The notes under the pieces were generated by a model, which saw nothing but the letters and a program-made list of their open reading frames with translations, was not told the origin of the DNA and ran no database searches. From a virus (lineage: Duplodnaviria > Heunggongvirae > Uroviricota > Caudoviricetes), in the IMG/VR virus record IMGVR_UViG_2529292836_000011, positions 1 through 24,486 of that record: a stretch of DNA of 24,486 nucleotides, one strand, 5' to 3'. The stretch's first letter is position 1. Every line of letters starts with the position of its first letter. The translations under genes and the position numbers were made by a program. Positions 10,435-19,785 of the stretch are shown here, one piece after another.

Positions 10435-11135
10435 TGGCGGATTCATCACTGAATAATCCTGTCGCGGTTCAGGCTACGCGCCTTGATGCTTCAATTTTGC
10501 CACGCAATATATTCAGCCAGTCTTACCTGCTATATGTCATAAATCAGGGAGCTGATGTCGGCGCAATTGCCGGGAAGGCAAATCATGCTGGTCAGGGCGC
10601 TTACGAAGCCCAGGTAAAAAACGATGAACAGGACGTCGAACTGGCTGATCACGACGCAAGAATCACCGCAAACACAAAAGCGATAAATCTCCTTGAGGTC
10701 AGGTTAACAACCGCCGAAGGGAAGATAGTCGTACTGCGTAGCGATGTTGATTACTTGCTGGATGAGGTTATCGATATTCAGGGGCATCTGGTCACTGTTG
10801 ACCAAAGACTGGATGACGTAGAAAACGATGTCTCTGGCATTAAGAGTGATTACGTATCGAAAACCGTAACAGAATCGCAGTCTCTTGCGTCACCGCTGGA
10901 TGTAAAAACATCATATTCAGTTGATGGAATTCAGGTTGTTGGAGCAAGAAATACCGGATGGACTGCAGCCACAGGTACACCTCTTCTTGGCTCATTCAAC
11001 GCTAACCAGTCATACACGGTCGGCACTACGTACACACAATCCGAAGTCGCAGCTATCGCTACAGGTTTGGAGCAGGCGCGGCAGCGTATTCTGGCGCTTG
11101 AAACAGCACTTAGATTACATGGGCTGATTGACTGA
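10434..11135 (+). CDS. Tail needle protein (P22 gp26-like)
   Basis: 233 aa; N-terminus [50 protein letters not shown] and C-terminus ...LRLHGLID closely match recalled P22 gp26. Start overlaps the upstream stop (TAATG). Confidence 0.9.
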   Translation: MADSSLNNPVAVQATRLDASILPRNIFSQSYLLYVINQGADVGAIAGKANHAGQGAYEAQVKNDEQDVELADHDARITANTKAINLLEVRLTTAEGKIVVLRSDVDYLLDEVIDIQGHLVTVDQRLDDVENDVSGIKSDYVSKTVTESQSLASPLDVKTSYSVDGIQVVGARNTGWTAATGTPLLGSFNANQSYTVGTTYTQSEVAAIATGLEQARQRILALETALRLHGLID

Positions 11136-11590
11136 TGATTACATTCAAACCAACGCGAAACATCGACCTGATAGAAGCAGTCGGAAATCACCCTGACATT
11201 ATTGCCGGGAGCAACAACGGCGATGGATACGACTACAAGCCTGAATGCCGTTACTTTGAGGTTAACGTGCACGGGCAGTTCGGCGGCATTGTTTACTATC
11301 AGGAGATTCAGCCGCTGACATTCGATTGCCACGCCATGTACCTGCCAGAGATTCGCGGCTTCAGCAAGGAAATCGGGCTGGCGTTCTGGCGATACATTCT
11401 GACTAACACCACCGTTCAGTGCGTCACATCGTTCGCTGCACGCAAATTCCGCCACGGGCAGATGTACTGCGCAATGATTGGCCTTAAGCGTGTAGGAACC
11501 ATCAATAAATACTTCAAAGGCGTGGATGACGTGACGTTTTACAGCGCCACACGCGAAGAACTAATCGACTTCCTGAATCACGGGAGATAG
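11135..11590 (+). CDS. gp14-like head/ejection assembly protein
   Basis: 151-aa ORF in the gp14 position; start overlaps the gp26 stop (TGATG). Confidence 0.6.
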   Translation: MITFKPTRNIDLIEAVGNHPDIIAGSNNGDGYDYKPECRYFEVNVHGQFGGIVYYQEIQPLTFDCHAMYLPEIRGFSKEIGLAFWRYILTNTTVQCVTSFAARKFRHGQMYCAMIGLKRVGTINKYFKGVDDVTFYSATREELIDFLNHGR

Positions 11591-11592
11591 CC

Positions 11593-12285
11593 ATGTTATA
11601 TGCATTTAAGCTGGGCAGAAAACTGCGCGGCGAGGAACCTTATTGCCCTGAAAAAGGCGGGAAAGGTGGCAGCTCTGATAAAAGCGCAAAGTATGCAGCA
11701 GAAGCTCAGAAGTATGCTGCAGACCGGCAAAATCAGCAGTTCAACACCATCATGAACAACCTGAAGCCGTTTACTCCTCTGGCTGATAAGTATGTCGGCA
11801 GCCTCGAGAACTTATCGTCTCTGGAAGGGCAAGGTCAGGCGCTTAACCAGTATTACAACTCTCAGCAGTACAAAGATCTTGCTGGTCAGGCTCGCTATCA
11901 GAGTCTGGCGGCAGCGGAAGCAACAGGTGGATTGGGTTCCACTGCAACCGGTAATCAGTTAGCAACAATCGCACCAACGCTTGGTCAGCAATGGCTATCT
12001 GGACAAATGAACAATTACAACAACCTGGCAAATATCGGTCTTGGCGCTCTTCAGGGACAGGCAAACGCCGGGCAAACATATGCCAACAACATGAGTCAGA
12101 TTTCGCAGCAAAGCGCAGCACTGGCGGCGGCAAACGCCAACCGACCGTCAGCATTGCAGCAGGGTGTTAGTGGTGCTGCATCCGGTGCGCTTTTGGGTGG
12201 TGGCATAGCCAGTGCTCTCGAGCTATCAACTCCGTGGGGGGCTGGTATTGGTGCTGGTCTTGGTCTGCTTGGTTCACTGTTTTAA
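11593..12285 (+). CDS. Ejection (internal virion) protein, gp7-like
   Basis: 230 aa in the gp7 position, with a Gly/Ala-rich C-terminus. Confidence 0.7.
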   Translation: MLYAFKLGRKLRGEEPYCPEKGGKGGSSDKSAKYAAEAQKYAADRQNQQFNTIMNNLKPFTPLADKYVGSLENLSSLEGQGQALNQYYNSQQYKDLAGQARYQSLAAAEATGGLGSTATGNQLATIAPTLGQQWLSGQMNNYNNLANIGLGALQGQANAGQTYANNMSQISQQSAALAAANANRPSALQQGVSGAASGALLGGGIASALELSTPWGAGIGAGLGLLGSLF

Positions 12286-12295
12286 GGGTTAATCA

Positions 12296-13747
12296 ATGGC
12301 TACGTGGCAACAGGGTATTAATTCTGGTGGTTTTCTGGCTGGCATTGGTGCGCAAAACGAGAATGCGCCAAAGGCAAGCGACATTAACGCAACGCTTGGT
12401 CTGATCCGCGAAAACAATGAACTGGCTCGATCAGGTGCAAATAACGTTGCTCTGACAGGTCTTCGTGGTCTGGCTGGAGTTGCTGATATTTATAAGCAGC
12501 AGCAAAAGCAGGAGCGTAAAGCGGCATTCCAGAAAGGTTATGCGGATGCTTATGCGTCCGGCGACAGGGAGCAGATGCGTAATCTTATTACAGCATTCCC
12601 CGAAGAGTTTGAGGAAGTCCGTAAAGGCATGGGGTATGTCGATGACGCCCAGCGGGATGATTTTGGCAATCTGGCGCTTAAGGCTCAGGTCGCTTCGTCG
12701 CTTGGTCCGGGTGCATTTGGCAGGTTCATGATGGATAACGAAAAGGAGATGCGTCGTTTAGGTATCCCTCCAGAAACTATTGCGGAAATGCAGGTTAATG
12801 ACCCGCAGGGCTTCCAGCACTTCGCAGGTAATCTGGCACTATTTTCTCTCGGTCATGAGAAGTATTTCGATATCAAAGATCAAATGGAAGGTCGGGATAT
12901 TGAGCGTGGCAAGTTGGCAGAGACGATTCGCAGCAATAAAGCTGGGGAAGGTTTAAAGGCGCAAAGCATTGCTGTTAGCCGTGAAAACTCCCTGCGCACT
13001 GCTGGAGGTGCTGTTCCTGCATCTGTTAAAGAATATCAATATTTCAACAGCCTGTCTCCAGAGCAACAAAAGACATATCTTCGTGTTCGAGGTCGTCCTG
13101 ATGCTGGCGGGGAGAATGTTGTGCAACTGGCAGATGGCAGAACGGTAACGGTTGGTAGGAAGCTTCACGGCGCTGGTGCTAATGCGTTCTACGAAGGAAT
13201 AGACAACGAGGGCAATATGATTCGCGTCCCCGCCAGTTCTATTGCTGCTCCGGCTACATCGGCAGCTAATGCACAGAATTACGAAATGAAGAAAGATCTT
13301 GATGCAATTTCTGGCGCATCAATTGACGATCTTGGCTTCATGACAGGTATTACAGGTTCTTCAGGTTCTTTTGCTCTTGGTGCAGATATTCGTAGCAGGG
13401 CATCTGGTGTTGAGGAGAGGAGGCTATACAACGCTGCACAGCGAATCATGGGCAAAATGCAAAATCAGGGGATTGCAGCAGCCCGAGATATGGGGGCATC
13501 TGGCATCAACACCGAAGCAGAGGCCAATAGGTATTTTCAGGGTATGCCAAAGCCTGATTTCTCAAGTCCTGAAGCGCTGCAACAATCAATGCGCGACATT
13601 CAGCAATATACCGACAATTACAACCAGCAATATAACGTTAATGTTGGTAATGGCGGGAAGAAATCATCAAGGCAACAGCCAGCTACTCAGCAATCAGCAG
13701 GAGGTAGCTACACGTCAAAATCAGGCATTCAATTTACGGTGGAATGA
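12296..13747 (+). CDS. Ejection protein, gp20-like
   Basis: 483 aa in the gp20 position (P22 gp20 is about 471 aa). Confidence 0.7.
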   Translation: MATWQQGINSGGFLAGIGAQNENAPKASDINATLGLIRENNELARSGANNVALTGLRGLAGVADIYKQQQKQERKAAFQKGYADAYASGDREQMRNLITAFPEEFEEVRKGMGYVDDAQRDDFGNLALKAQVASSLGPGAFGRFMMDNEKEMRRLGIPPETIAEMQVNDPQGFQHFAGNLALFSLGHEKYFDIKDQMEGRDIERGKLAETIRSNKAGEGLKAQSIAVSRENSLRTAGGAVPASVKEYQYFNSLSPEQQKTYLRVRGRPDAGGENVVQLADGRTVTVGRKLHGAGANAFYEGIDNEGNMIRVPASSIAAPATSAANAQNYEMKKDLDAISGASIDDLGFMTGITGSSGSFALGADIRSRASGVEERRLYNAAQRIMGKMQNQGIAAARDMGASGINTEAEANRYFQGMPKPDFSSPEALQQSMRDIQQYTDNYNQQYNVNVGNGGKKSSRQQPATQQSAGGSYTSKSGIQFTVE

Positions 13748-15759
13748 TGAAAGTAACTGCAAATGGTAAGACATTTACCTTTCCTGATGGTACGAGCACG
13801 GAAGATATTGGGTCCGCCATTGATGAGTATTTTGCTGGTCAGTCAGCGCCAACACAACAAGGTGTTCAGCAATCGCCAGCAGACAACTCACTTGCATCAG
13901 GATATGCACAGCTTGCCACTCAGCAGAAGGAAGGACTAGATCGCTCTGCTGAGCAAGGGGCTGTTTTAGGTGCTGCAATGCGCGATGCCGTTACCGGTGA
14001 AAGCCGAATGACACCAGAAATGGAGAGACTGCAAAATGTTGGGGCTGCCCCTGAGTTGAACTCACTAAGCATGGATGCCCTGAAGGCTGGATGGTCTCAA
14101 CTTTTCGGCTCCGACGCGTCTCAGGAAAAGATTCTTCAGAGTATGGGGGCGAAATTAAGGCAGGATGAGAAGGGTAACACTATCGTTTCCCTGCCATCCG
14201 GTGATTATGCCCTGAACAAGCCAGGTTTATCACCGCAAGACCTGACTTCGTTTCTTGCTAATGCGTTAGCGTTCACACCAGCGGGCAGGGCTGGAACGGT
14301 GCTTGGTGCCATAGGGAAATCAGCTGCTACAGATTTAGCACTACAGGGTGGCACCAGCCTTGCTGGCGGAGAAGATATTGATCCTGCACAAACGGTAATT
14401 TCTGCTGGCATTGGTGGTGTTGGCAAGGGGCTGGAAAATACAGTTAGTGCGGTTTCCAGGGCTGTTCGCGGTGAGATGTCACCGGAAGCAAAGGCTGCTG
14501 TCGATTTTGCGTCGGAAAGAAACCTGCCGTTAATGACCAGTGACACGCTGAAAGATAAAACCTTTATGCAGAGTCAGGCTCAGACATTAGGCGAAAGAGT
14601 TCCTTTTTTTGGAACCGGTAAGAATCGGCTGAATCAACAACAAGCACGAGAAAATTTAGTCAGAACATTTAGCGATGGTCTGGGTGGCATTTCTGATAAA
14701 CAGCTTTATGAATCTGCGACTAAAGGGCAACAAAAATTCATTGAGGCAGCAGGAAAGCGATATAACCGCATAATTGACGCTATGGGGGATACCCCTGTCG
14801 ATCTCTCAAACACGGTAAAAGCTATCGACAATCAGATTGCCGTGTTAAGCCGCCCGGGCAAATCTCAGGATAGAGCCGCGGTAAAAGTCTTGCAGCAATT
14901 TAAAGACGATATCACCAGCGGACCCAATGACCTGCGTCTGGCGAGAGAAAACAGAACTGACCTTCGAAAGCGGTTCATGAATTCAAACGAGACTGTTGAT
15001 AAAGACACGCTCCAGAAAGCCAGCGATATTGTCTACAAGGCATATACAGCGGATATGAAAAAAGCAGTATCCCAAAAACTAGGCTCAGAAGAAGCTGCCA
15101 ATATGTCTAGGGTTGATCGCTCATGGGCTAGATTCAATGACATGATGGGAAGAACGCGCGTTCAAAAGGCAATAGCCAGCGGCAAGGCTACACCTGAGGA
15201 TGTAACAAAACTCGTTTTTAGCCAAAACCCATCAGAACGTTCTCAGCTTTACAGGCTTCTGGATGACAATGGTAGGCAAAACGCACGAGCAGCCATAGTT
15301 CAGAATGCTGTAGATAAGGCGACTGATCCGTCTGGAAATATTAGTGTTGAAAAGTTTATTAATGCGTTACACCGGAACAGGAAGCAATCAGCAACTTTCT
15401 TTAAAGGCGTACATGGAAAGGAACTGGACGGCGTTATTAAATACCTCAACGATACAAGACACGCGGCAAAAGCGAACGTTCAAAACTTAAATGGTCAGCA
15501 GCTTTATGGATTGTTAGTTGGTGGTGGCATCATAAACGCAGCAGTATTAGCGGGGATGCTAAAAACGGCTGCGTTTGTTGTTCCTGCTGCTGGTGTCGTA
15601 GGAGGAGCTGCGAAGGCATACGAAAGCCCTGTTATACGAAATGCCTTGTTACGTCTGGCAAATACGCCAAAAGGTAGCACAGCATATGACAGAGCGATCA
15701 GTACGGTCACACAATCGCTCACCAGAGTCGCACAGGCATCACAAAAAGAAGCTCAATAA
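13744..15759 (+). CDS. Ejection protein, gp16-like
   Basis: 671 aa in the gp16 position, ATGA overlap with the upstream gene, hydrophobic Gly-rich segment near the C-terminus. Confidence 0.7.
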   Translation: MMKVTANGKTFTFPDGTSTEDIGSAIDEYFAGQSAPTQQGVQQSPADNSLASGYAQLATQQKEGLDRSAEQGAVLGAAMRDAVTGESRMTPEMERLQNVGAAPELNSLSMDALKAGWSQLFGSDASQEKILQSMGAKLRQDEKGNTIVSLPSGDYALNKPGLSPQDLTSFLANALAFTPAGRAGTVLGAIGKSAATDLALQGGTSLAGGEDIDPAQTVISAGIGGVGKGLENTVSAVSRAVRGEMSPEAKAAVDFASERNLPLMTSDTLKDKTFMQSQAQTLGERVPFFGTGKNRLNQQQARENLVRTFSDGLGGISDKQLYESATKGQQKFIEAAGKRYNRIIDAMGDTPVDLSNTVKAIDNQIAVLSRPGKSQDRAAVKVLQQFKDDITSGPNDLRLARENRTDLRKRFMNSNETVDKDTLQKASDIVYKAYTADMKKAVSQKLGSEEAANMSRVDRSWARFNDMMGRTRVQKAIASGKATPEDVTKLVFSQNPSERSQLYRLLDDNGRQNARAAIVQNAVDKATDPSGNISVEKFINALHRNRKQSATFFKGVHGKELDGVIKYLNDTRHAAKANVQNLNGQQLYGLLVGGGIINAAVLAGMLKTAAFVVPAAGVVGGAAKAYESPVIRNALLRLANTPKGSTAYDRAISTVTQSLTRVAQASQKEAQ

Positions 15760-15776
15760 CTGGCAGCCACGGATGG

Positions 15777-16127
15777 CTAATTTTTATTCTTTGATCTCGT
15801 CCACAGGTAAAGAAGAGCAATGGCAAGACAGGAAACAGAGAATAGATAACCTACCTCATATGGTGCGCCAAAAAAATTAGCTATTGATACGGGCAAAAAA
15901 GCCGAAGCGATCAGAATTGAAAGGCAAAAAATAAGCCCAGTAACATAGTTTATTAAACTCTTAAATGAGAAACGTTTTGCTTGATTTACGGTCTCAGCGA
16001 GTGATCGCTTAACGATGGATAAAAGAAAATAGATGGCGACAGTAGCTAATGCCCCTTTCCACCAGTCTGGATATAGTTTTGCGACAATCAGCCCAAGGAA
16101 AACCATGATGACAGACTGAGCATTCAC
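15777..16127 (-). CDS. Small multi-pass inner-membrane protein (possible superinfection-exclusion moron)
   Basis: About 117 aa from a GTG preceded by AAGGAGG (5-nt spacer), with three to four hydrophobic helices. AT-rich. The ORF-track start at 16202 adds a non-hydrophobic extension. Convergent with the gp16-like gene. Confidence 0.55.
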   Translation of the reverse strand: MNAQSVIMVFLGLIVAKLYPDWWKGALATVAIYFLLSIVKRSLAETVNQAKRFSFKSLINYVTGLIFCLSILIASAFLPVSIANFFGAPYEVGYLFSVSCLAIALLYLWTRSKNKN

Positions 16128-16192
16128 ACCAACCTCCTTAGTTTTGCTCAGGATACCAGATGATAATGTGTAGTTGGAGTAGCGCGGTTGTA

Positions 16193-16282
16193 ATGCAAGC
16201 ATTTTGTTTTGGTTTTATGCTTGCTTGTATGTGTGTACAGTGTATATAATGCAAGCATACATCACAATAAAGGTGCTTGCAT
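16193..16282 (+). promoter_or_regulatory. Divergent promoter region with two copies of a palindromic operator (half-site ATGCAAGCAT, 14-bp spacer)
   Basis: ATGCAAGCAT at 16193-16202 pairs with inverted ATGCTTGC at 16217-16224. ATGCAAGCAT at 16249-16258 pairs with GTGCTTGCAT at 16273-16282. A TATAAT at 16245-16250 overlaps the second operator. Confidence 0.5.
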
Positions 16283-16283
16283 T

Positions 16284-17276
16284 ATGACTGAAAAGAAAAG
16301 TGGCGAAGGGAAAGCTAAGGGCGGTATCGCTCGCGCAAAGTCGCTGACTAAAGAGCAGCGTTCTGAAATAGCAAAGAAAGCAGCGGCTGCAAGATGGAAG
16401 GATAAACCATTAATTGCTACGCATAAGGGATCGTTCCAGCATGAATTCGGGATTGATGTTGAGTGCTATGTGTTAAATGATGATAACAAAACTGCCGTTA
16501 TTAGCCAGAGAGGCATGGGAGAAGCGATTGGTCTTGGCGAAGGTGGCAGCAGGTTGCCAAAGTTTATTCAGGGGAAAACTATTTCTCAGTATATCGGGCA
16601 TGAATTAAGGGCAAAACTTGAAAATCCTCTTATTTTTCAATACAAACAGGCGGGCACGAACACTCCAGCTAATCCTGTAATACATGGCTACGATGTAACA
16701 ATATTAATTGATTTATGTCGAGCAATCTCTAATGCTAAAGCTGAAGGTAAGTTGCTTTCCAGTCAGGAAGGGATTGCTAAGCAAGCCAGAATCATTATTG
16801 ATGCATCAGCCAAGGCGGGCATTCAGGGGCTTGTTTATGCTTTGGCAGGGTATGACAGAACAAAAGAAGAGGTAATTCAAGCATATAAGCGATATGTTGC
16901 TGAAGAGGCTCGTGAGTATGAAAGAGAGTTCACCCCTGAACTTTATGAGCATTGGTATCGTCTGTATGGTATAGACAAACCAGTTAGAGGGCGACCATGG
17001 GCGTTTAAATATCTTACGATAGATCACATTTATTACCCATTAGCCAGAAGTGAAGGAAAGGTATTTAATTTAGCAAAAACGTCAAAAGAAGAAAAAGGCA
17101 GCAAAAACGATAAAATACACCAGTTTTTATCAGAGGTTGGAGTTAAGGCTCTTAGAACCCAAATAGGTAAGGTTACTGGTATTGCAATGGTTTCTGATAC
17201 TCGAGAAGAGTATGAGAAATACATAGATGAAAAGGTTATTGGACAAAGAACCATAGACTTAAAAGATAAAGAATAA
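16284..17276 (+). CDS. Hypothetical 331-aa protein with a basic N-terminal tail (possibly P63C-domain / anti-repressor-like family)
   Basis: ATG at 16284 preceded by AAAGGTG. N-terminal KGGIARAKSLTKEQRSEIAKKAAAARW motif. Followed by a strong terminator. The ORF-track start at 16209 would run through the promoter and operators. Family assignment is tentative. Confidence 0.7.
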   Translation: MTEKKSGEGKAKGGIARAKSLTKEQRSEIAKKAAAARWKDKPLIATHKGSFQHEFGIDVECYVLNDDNKTAVISQRGMGEAIGLGEGGSRLPKFIQGKTISQYIGHELRAKLENPLIFQYKQAGTNTPANPVIHGYDVTILIDLCRAISNAKAEGKLLSSQEGIAKQARIIIDASAKAGIQGLVYALAGYDRTKEEVIQAYKRYVAEEAREYEREFTPELYEHWYRLYGIDKPVRGRPWAFKYLTIDHIYYPLARSEGKVFNLAKTSKEEKGSKNDKIHQFLSEVGVKALRTQIGKVTGIAMVSDTREEYEKYIDEKVIGQRTIDLKDKE

Positions 17277-17282
17277 GAAAAT

Positions 17283-17304
17283 CCCACCGTCAGGTGGGTT
17301 TTTT
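17283..17304 (+). terminator. Rho-independent terminator (CCCACC-GTCA-GGTGGG then TTTTTT)
   Basis: Perfect 6-bp GC-rich stem with a T6 run, directly after the 16284-17276 gene; an A-run upstream makes it potentially bidirectional. Confidence 0.7.
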
Positions 17305-17317
17305 ATAAGGAGTAATC

Positions 17318-17503
17318 ATGACCATAGAAGAACGTCTGAACAACATTGAGTTGAATCAAACCCTGCTTGACCAGCGACTTTCAGATCTTGAGCTTAAAGA
17401 TCTAGATGTGCAAATATCAGAAGCAGAAGCCAAGCTCTCCAGCTTAAACCACCGCAGGAAGCAAATCCGCGACAGAATTACTCGTGGACGCGGAGGCTGT
17501 TAA
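17318..17503 (+). CDS. Hypothetical small coiled-coil protein
   Basis: 61 aa, with AGGAG 7 nt upstream of the ATG. Heptad-like Leu/Glu pattern and a basic C-terminus (RRKQIRDRITRGRGGC). Confidence 0.5.
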   Translation: MTIEERLNNIELNQTLLDQRLSDLELKDLDVQISEAEAKLSSLNHRRKQIRDRITRGRGGC

Positions 17504-17580
17504 GGTGTGATGGTAATCCTTGCTCACTAAATTTAAGGATGCGAATCTTTCCGGCCATAGGAGTAATCATGATTTACCCA

Positions 17581-18117
17581 TCAAACAACCCACCAGTTTG
17601 CCTGATTGGATACCAGCCTTGCAGTTTTTATGGAATTAATTATGCCATGCTCAAGAGCCTTGTTAGCATCCAAAATGGTCGAGTCTGCTATCAGGGATGC
17701 CCACCTAATATGGGTTCCGATGTCGATATTGAACGTCTCAACGAAGCGATCAAGATCGTTATCGAGGCATTTCCCGTACTCTCTCAATCTGGCATGGTCG
17801 GCGGCTGGGGAGGCAAAGCACCATAATAGAGGATGTAACAGGAATCTTGATAATGGGTTTGCGAAACGTTCTGAGCCAGCCAGGAAAACGATATTAGCTA
17901 TGGATTCAACATTGCTTATGTTGTGAGTTCTAACGGTAACAGGGAGTGACTTAAGAAAGTTATACGCAGTAAAGCCAGCGGCAGTTTCCCCTCCCTGACT
18001 TGATATATGGATATTTAATTCAGTTGCGCCTTGAGATAATGCGGTGAGACAGTGGTTCTGAAGTTGCCCAACAGTGGCAGTGTTAACGGGGCATAAGAAA
18101 TGAATTGTGTGCAGCAT
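17581..18117 (-). CDS. ClpP-like (peptidase S14-fold) protein, N-terminally truncated; translationally coupled to mnt
   Basis: Ungapped match to the recalled ClpP core from the GG motif to the active-site Ser (ISSQGG for INSPGG; VESIAN for AASMGA). His-box RFANPLSRFLLHP for RFCLPNSRVMIHQP. The Asp position reads GIINSI for GLVDSI. Its ATG overlaps the mnt stop (TAATG). Confidence 0.5.
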   Translation of the reverse strand: MLHTIHFLCPVNTATVGQLQNHCLTALSQGATELNIHISSQGGETAAGFTAYNFLKSLPVTVRTHNISNVESIANIVFLAGSERFANPLSRFLLHPLLWCFASPAADHARLREYGKCLDNDLDRFVETFNIDIGTHIRWASLIADSTILDANKALEHGIINSIKTARLVSNQANWWVV

Positions 18118-18365
18118 TATTTTTCATCCTTACCATACATGGTCTTTAGCGTCTCAAGCAGCGCCTCTTTGAATTTGTCAGCTTCTTGCTGAGCAAATGA
18201 CTCAACTGACTTTGGCGACCTATCTTCATCAATCGCGGCTTGCAAAATCATGACGATCTCGGAGTTAACAGAGCGACCATTTTTTGATGCTCTGACAGCA
18301 AGAGCCTCGCGTAAAGATTCAGGGATTCTTACCGTAGTTGGAGAAATTGACACACCCTTTGCCAT
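18117..18365 (-). CDS. mnt: Mnt-like ribbon-helix-helix repressor
   Basis: 82 aa from the ATG at 18365 (AAGGTG upstream). RASKNGRSVNSEIVMILQAAI matches the Arc/Mnt signature (recalled P22 Mnt: RAEANGRSMNSELLQIVQDAL); C-terminus TLKTMYGK versus TLKDLYKK. Confidence 0.8.
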   Translation of the reverse strand: MAKGVSISPTTVRIPESLREALAVRASKNGRSVNSEIVMILQAAIDEDRSPKSVESFAQQEADKFKEALLETLKTMYGKDEK

Positions 18366-18479
18366 ATCACACCTTTGGTATTCAATTTGATAGCAAAGTG
18401 TATGCAAAAAAATTTTGACTAGATATACTCACTTTGATATCTTTTGTATTCGAAAAGAGTTGTTTGCGTGGAGGGTAAC
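18366..18479 (+). promoter_or_regulatory. Divergent mnt/arc promoter-operator region (immI-like)
   Basis: AT-rich 114-bp gap between divergent RHH repressor genes, containing TTGACT and TATACT/TATCTT-like hexamers. By analogy to P22 Pmnt/Pant; the operators were not mapped. Confidence 0.45.
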
Positions 18480-18632
18480 ATGGAGAAAGAAATAAGTAAG
18501 ATTTTGGTAAGGATGCCGCAGTCGTTAAAGGATGCTATCGGTAGCAGGGCAAAGGAAGAGTGCAGGTCGTTTAACTCAGAGGTTATCAAGCGCCTGATAG
18601 ACAGCCTGAAGAGAGAGGGGGTAACGGTGTGA
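18480..18632 (+). CDS. arc: Arc-like ribbon-helix-helix repressor
   Basis: 50 aa from the ATG at 18480 (GGAGGG upstream). VRMPQSLKDAIGSRAKEECRSFNSEVIKRLIDSLKREG parallels recalled P22 Arc (...NGRSVNSEIYQRVMESFKKEG). Confidence 0.8.
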   Translation: MEKEISKILVRMPQSLKDAIGSRAKEECRSFNSEVIKRLIDSLKREGVTV

Positions 18633-18864
18633 TTCGCTTGGATGCAGTAGTCAAAGAGATTGCGATTACCATTTTAAGACCAAATTTTGTTCATGGCGAA
18701 TCATTTGGCACGAACGAAAAATTGAGAAGAGAAAGAGTATTCAGTGGCAAGCGCACGTTTTCAGAAGTGATGCTTGATGCGGCAAAGAAATCAAAACAGT
18801 GAAGCCCCAACTGCGGGAACGGTCAGGGCTTCGGTTGTCAGTAAATCCGTGGAGAAAAACCAAC

Positions 18865-19767
18865 ATGAATAGTATAGCAATTTTAGAAGCAGTGAACACC
18901 TCTTACGTACCATTCAACGGTCAGCAAATTATCACCGCCATTGCTGCCGGAGTTGCATATGTTGCGATGAAGCCAATCGTTGAAAACCTTGGAATGAGCT
19001 GGTCAACGCAGCAAACAAAACTCATGAAGCAGATTAGCAAATTCAACTGTGTTCATATGAACATGGTTGCCGCTGATGGGAAGCTTCGTAAGCTACTCTG
19101 CCTTCCTTTGAAGAAGTTAAATGGATGGCTGTTCAGCATCAACCCTGAGAAAGTTCGTGCTGACATACGTGATAAACTGATTCAGTACCAGGAGGAATGC
19201 TTTAGCGTGCTGCATGACTACTGGACAAAGGGAGAGGCAGCAAATGCACGGAAGAAAACATCTGTTGATGACAGGACTCCGCTTCGTGATGCTGTAAATA
19301 TGCTAGTCAGCAAAAAGCATCTAATGTACCCAGAAGCTTATGCAATGATTCATCAGCGTTTCAATGTGGAAAGTATTGAAGAGCTTGATGCATCTCAGAT
19401 ACCACAAGCAGTAGAGTACATCCACAGGGTAGTGCTTGAAGGTGAGTTCATCGGCAAACAAGAGAAGAAAACCAACGAGCTTTCTGCAAAAGAAGCAAAC
19501 AGCCTTGTATGGCTATGGGATTATGCCAACCGCTCACAGGCATTATTCCGCGAACTGTATCCGGCGCTAAAACAAATTCAATCGAACTATTCCGGCAGAT
19601 GTCATGACTGCGGTTATGAGTTCTCCCGTATTATCGATATAGCGAGAGACGTTTTAATCAATCACACACTAGATGTTGATATTAATGAGCCAGACGGACC
19701 AACGAATCTTTCCGCATGGATGAGACTTAAGAATAAAGAATTACCTCCTTCAGTACATAACTACTGA
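18865..19767 (+). CDS. ant: Antirepressor Ant
   Basis: About 300 aa directly downstream of arc, as in P22 immI, and followed by a terminator. Start taken at the ATG at 18865 ([17 protein letters not shown]...); the upstream GTG extension runs through a hairpin. Confidence 0.75.
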   Translation: MNSIAILEAVNTSYVPFNGQQIITAIAAGVAYVAMKPIVENLGMSWSTQQTKLMKQISKFNCVHMNMVAADGKLRKLLCLPLKKLNGWLFSINPEKVRADIRDKLIQYQEECFSVLHDYWTKGEAANARKKTSVDDRTPLRDAVNMLVSKKHLMYPEAYAMIHQRFNVESIEELDASQIPQAVEYIHRVVLEGEFIGKQEKKTNELSAKEANSLVWLWDYANRSQALFRELYPALKQIQSNYSGRCHDCGYEFSRIIDIARDVLINHTLDVDINEPDGPTNLSAWMRLKNKELPPSVHNY

Positions 19768-19785
19768 CAGATAACCAACGCAACG

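Noticed and set aside
16209-16283. ORF-track N-terminal extension of the 355-aa protein (MVLCLLVCVYSVYNASIHHNKGACI)
   Set aside because: The extension overlaps the TATAAT and operator repeats and has no ribosome-binding site; the ATG at 16284 has AAAGGTG upstream. The same reasoning was applied to the extended starts at 438, 8337, 18407, 18444, 18799 and 24346.
17581-18117. ClpP-like ORF as a prohead maturation protease
   Set aside because: It lies outside the head module, is on the opposite strand in the mnt operon, and P22-like capsids are not known to use a maturation protease.
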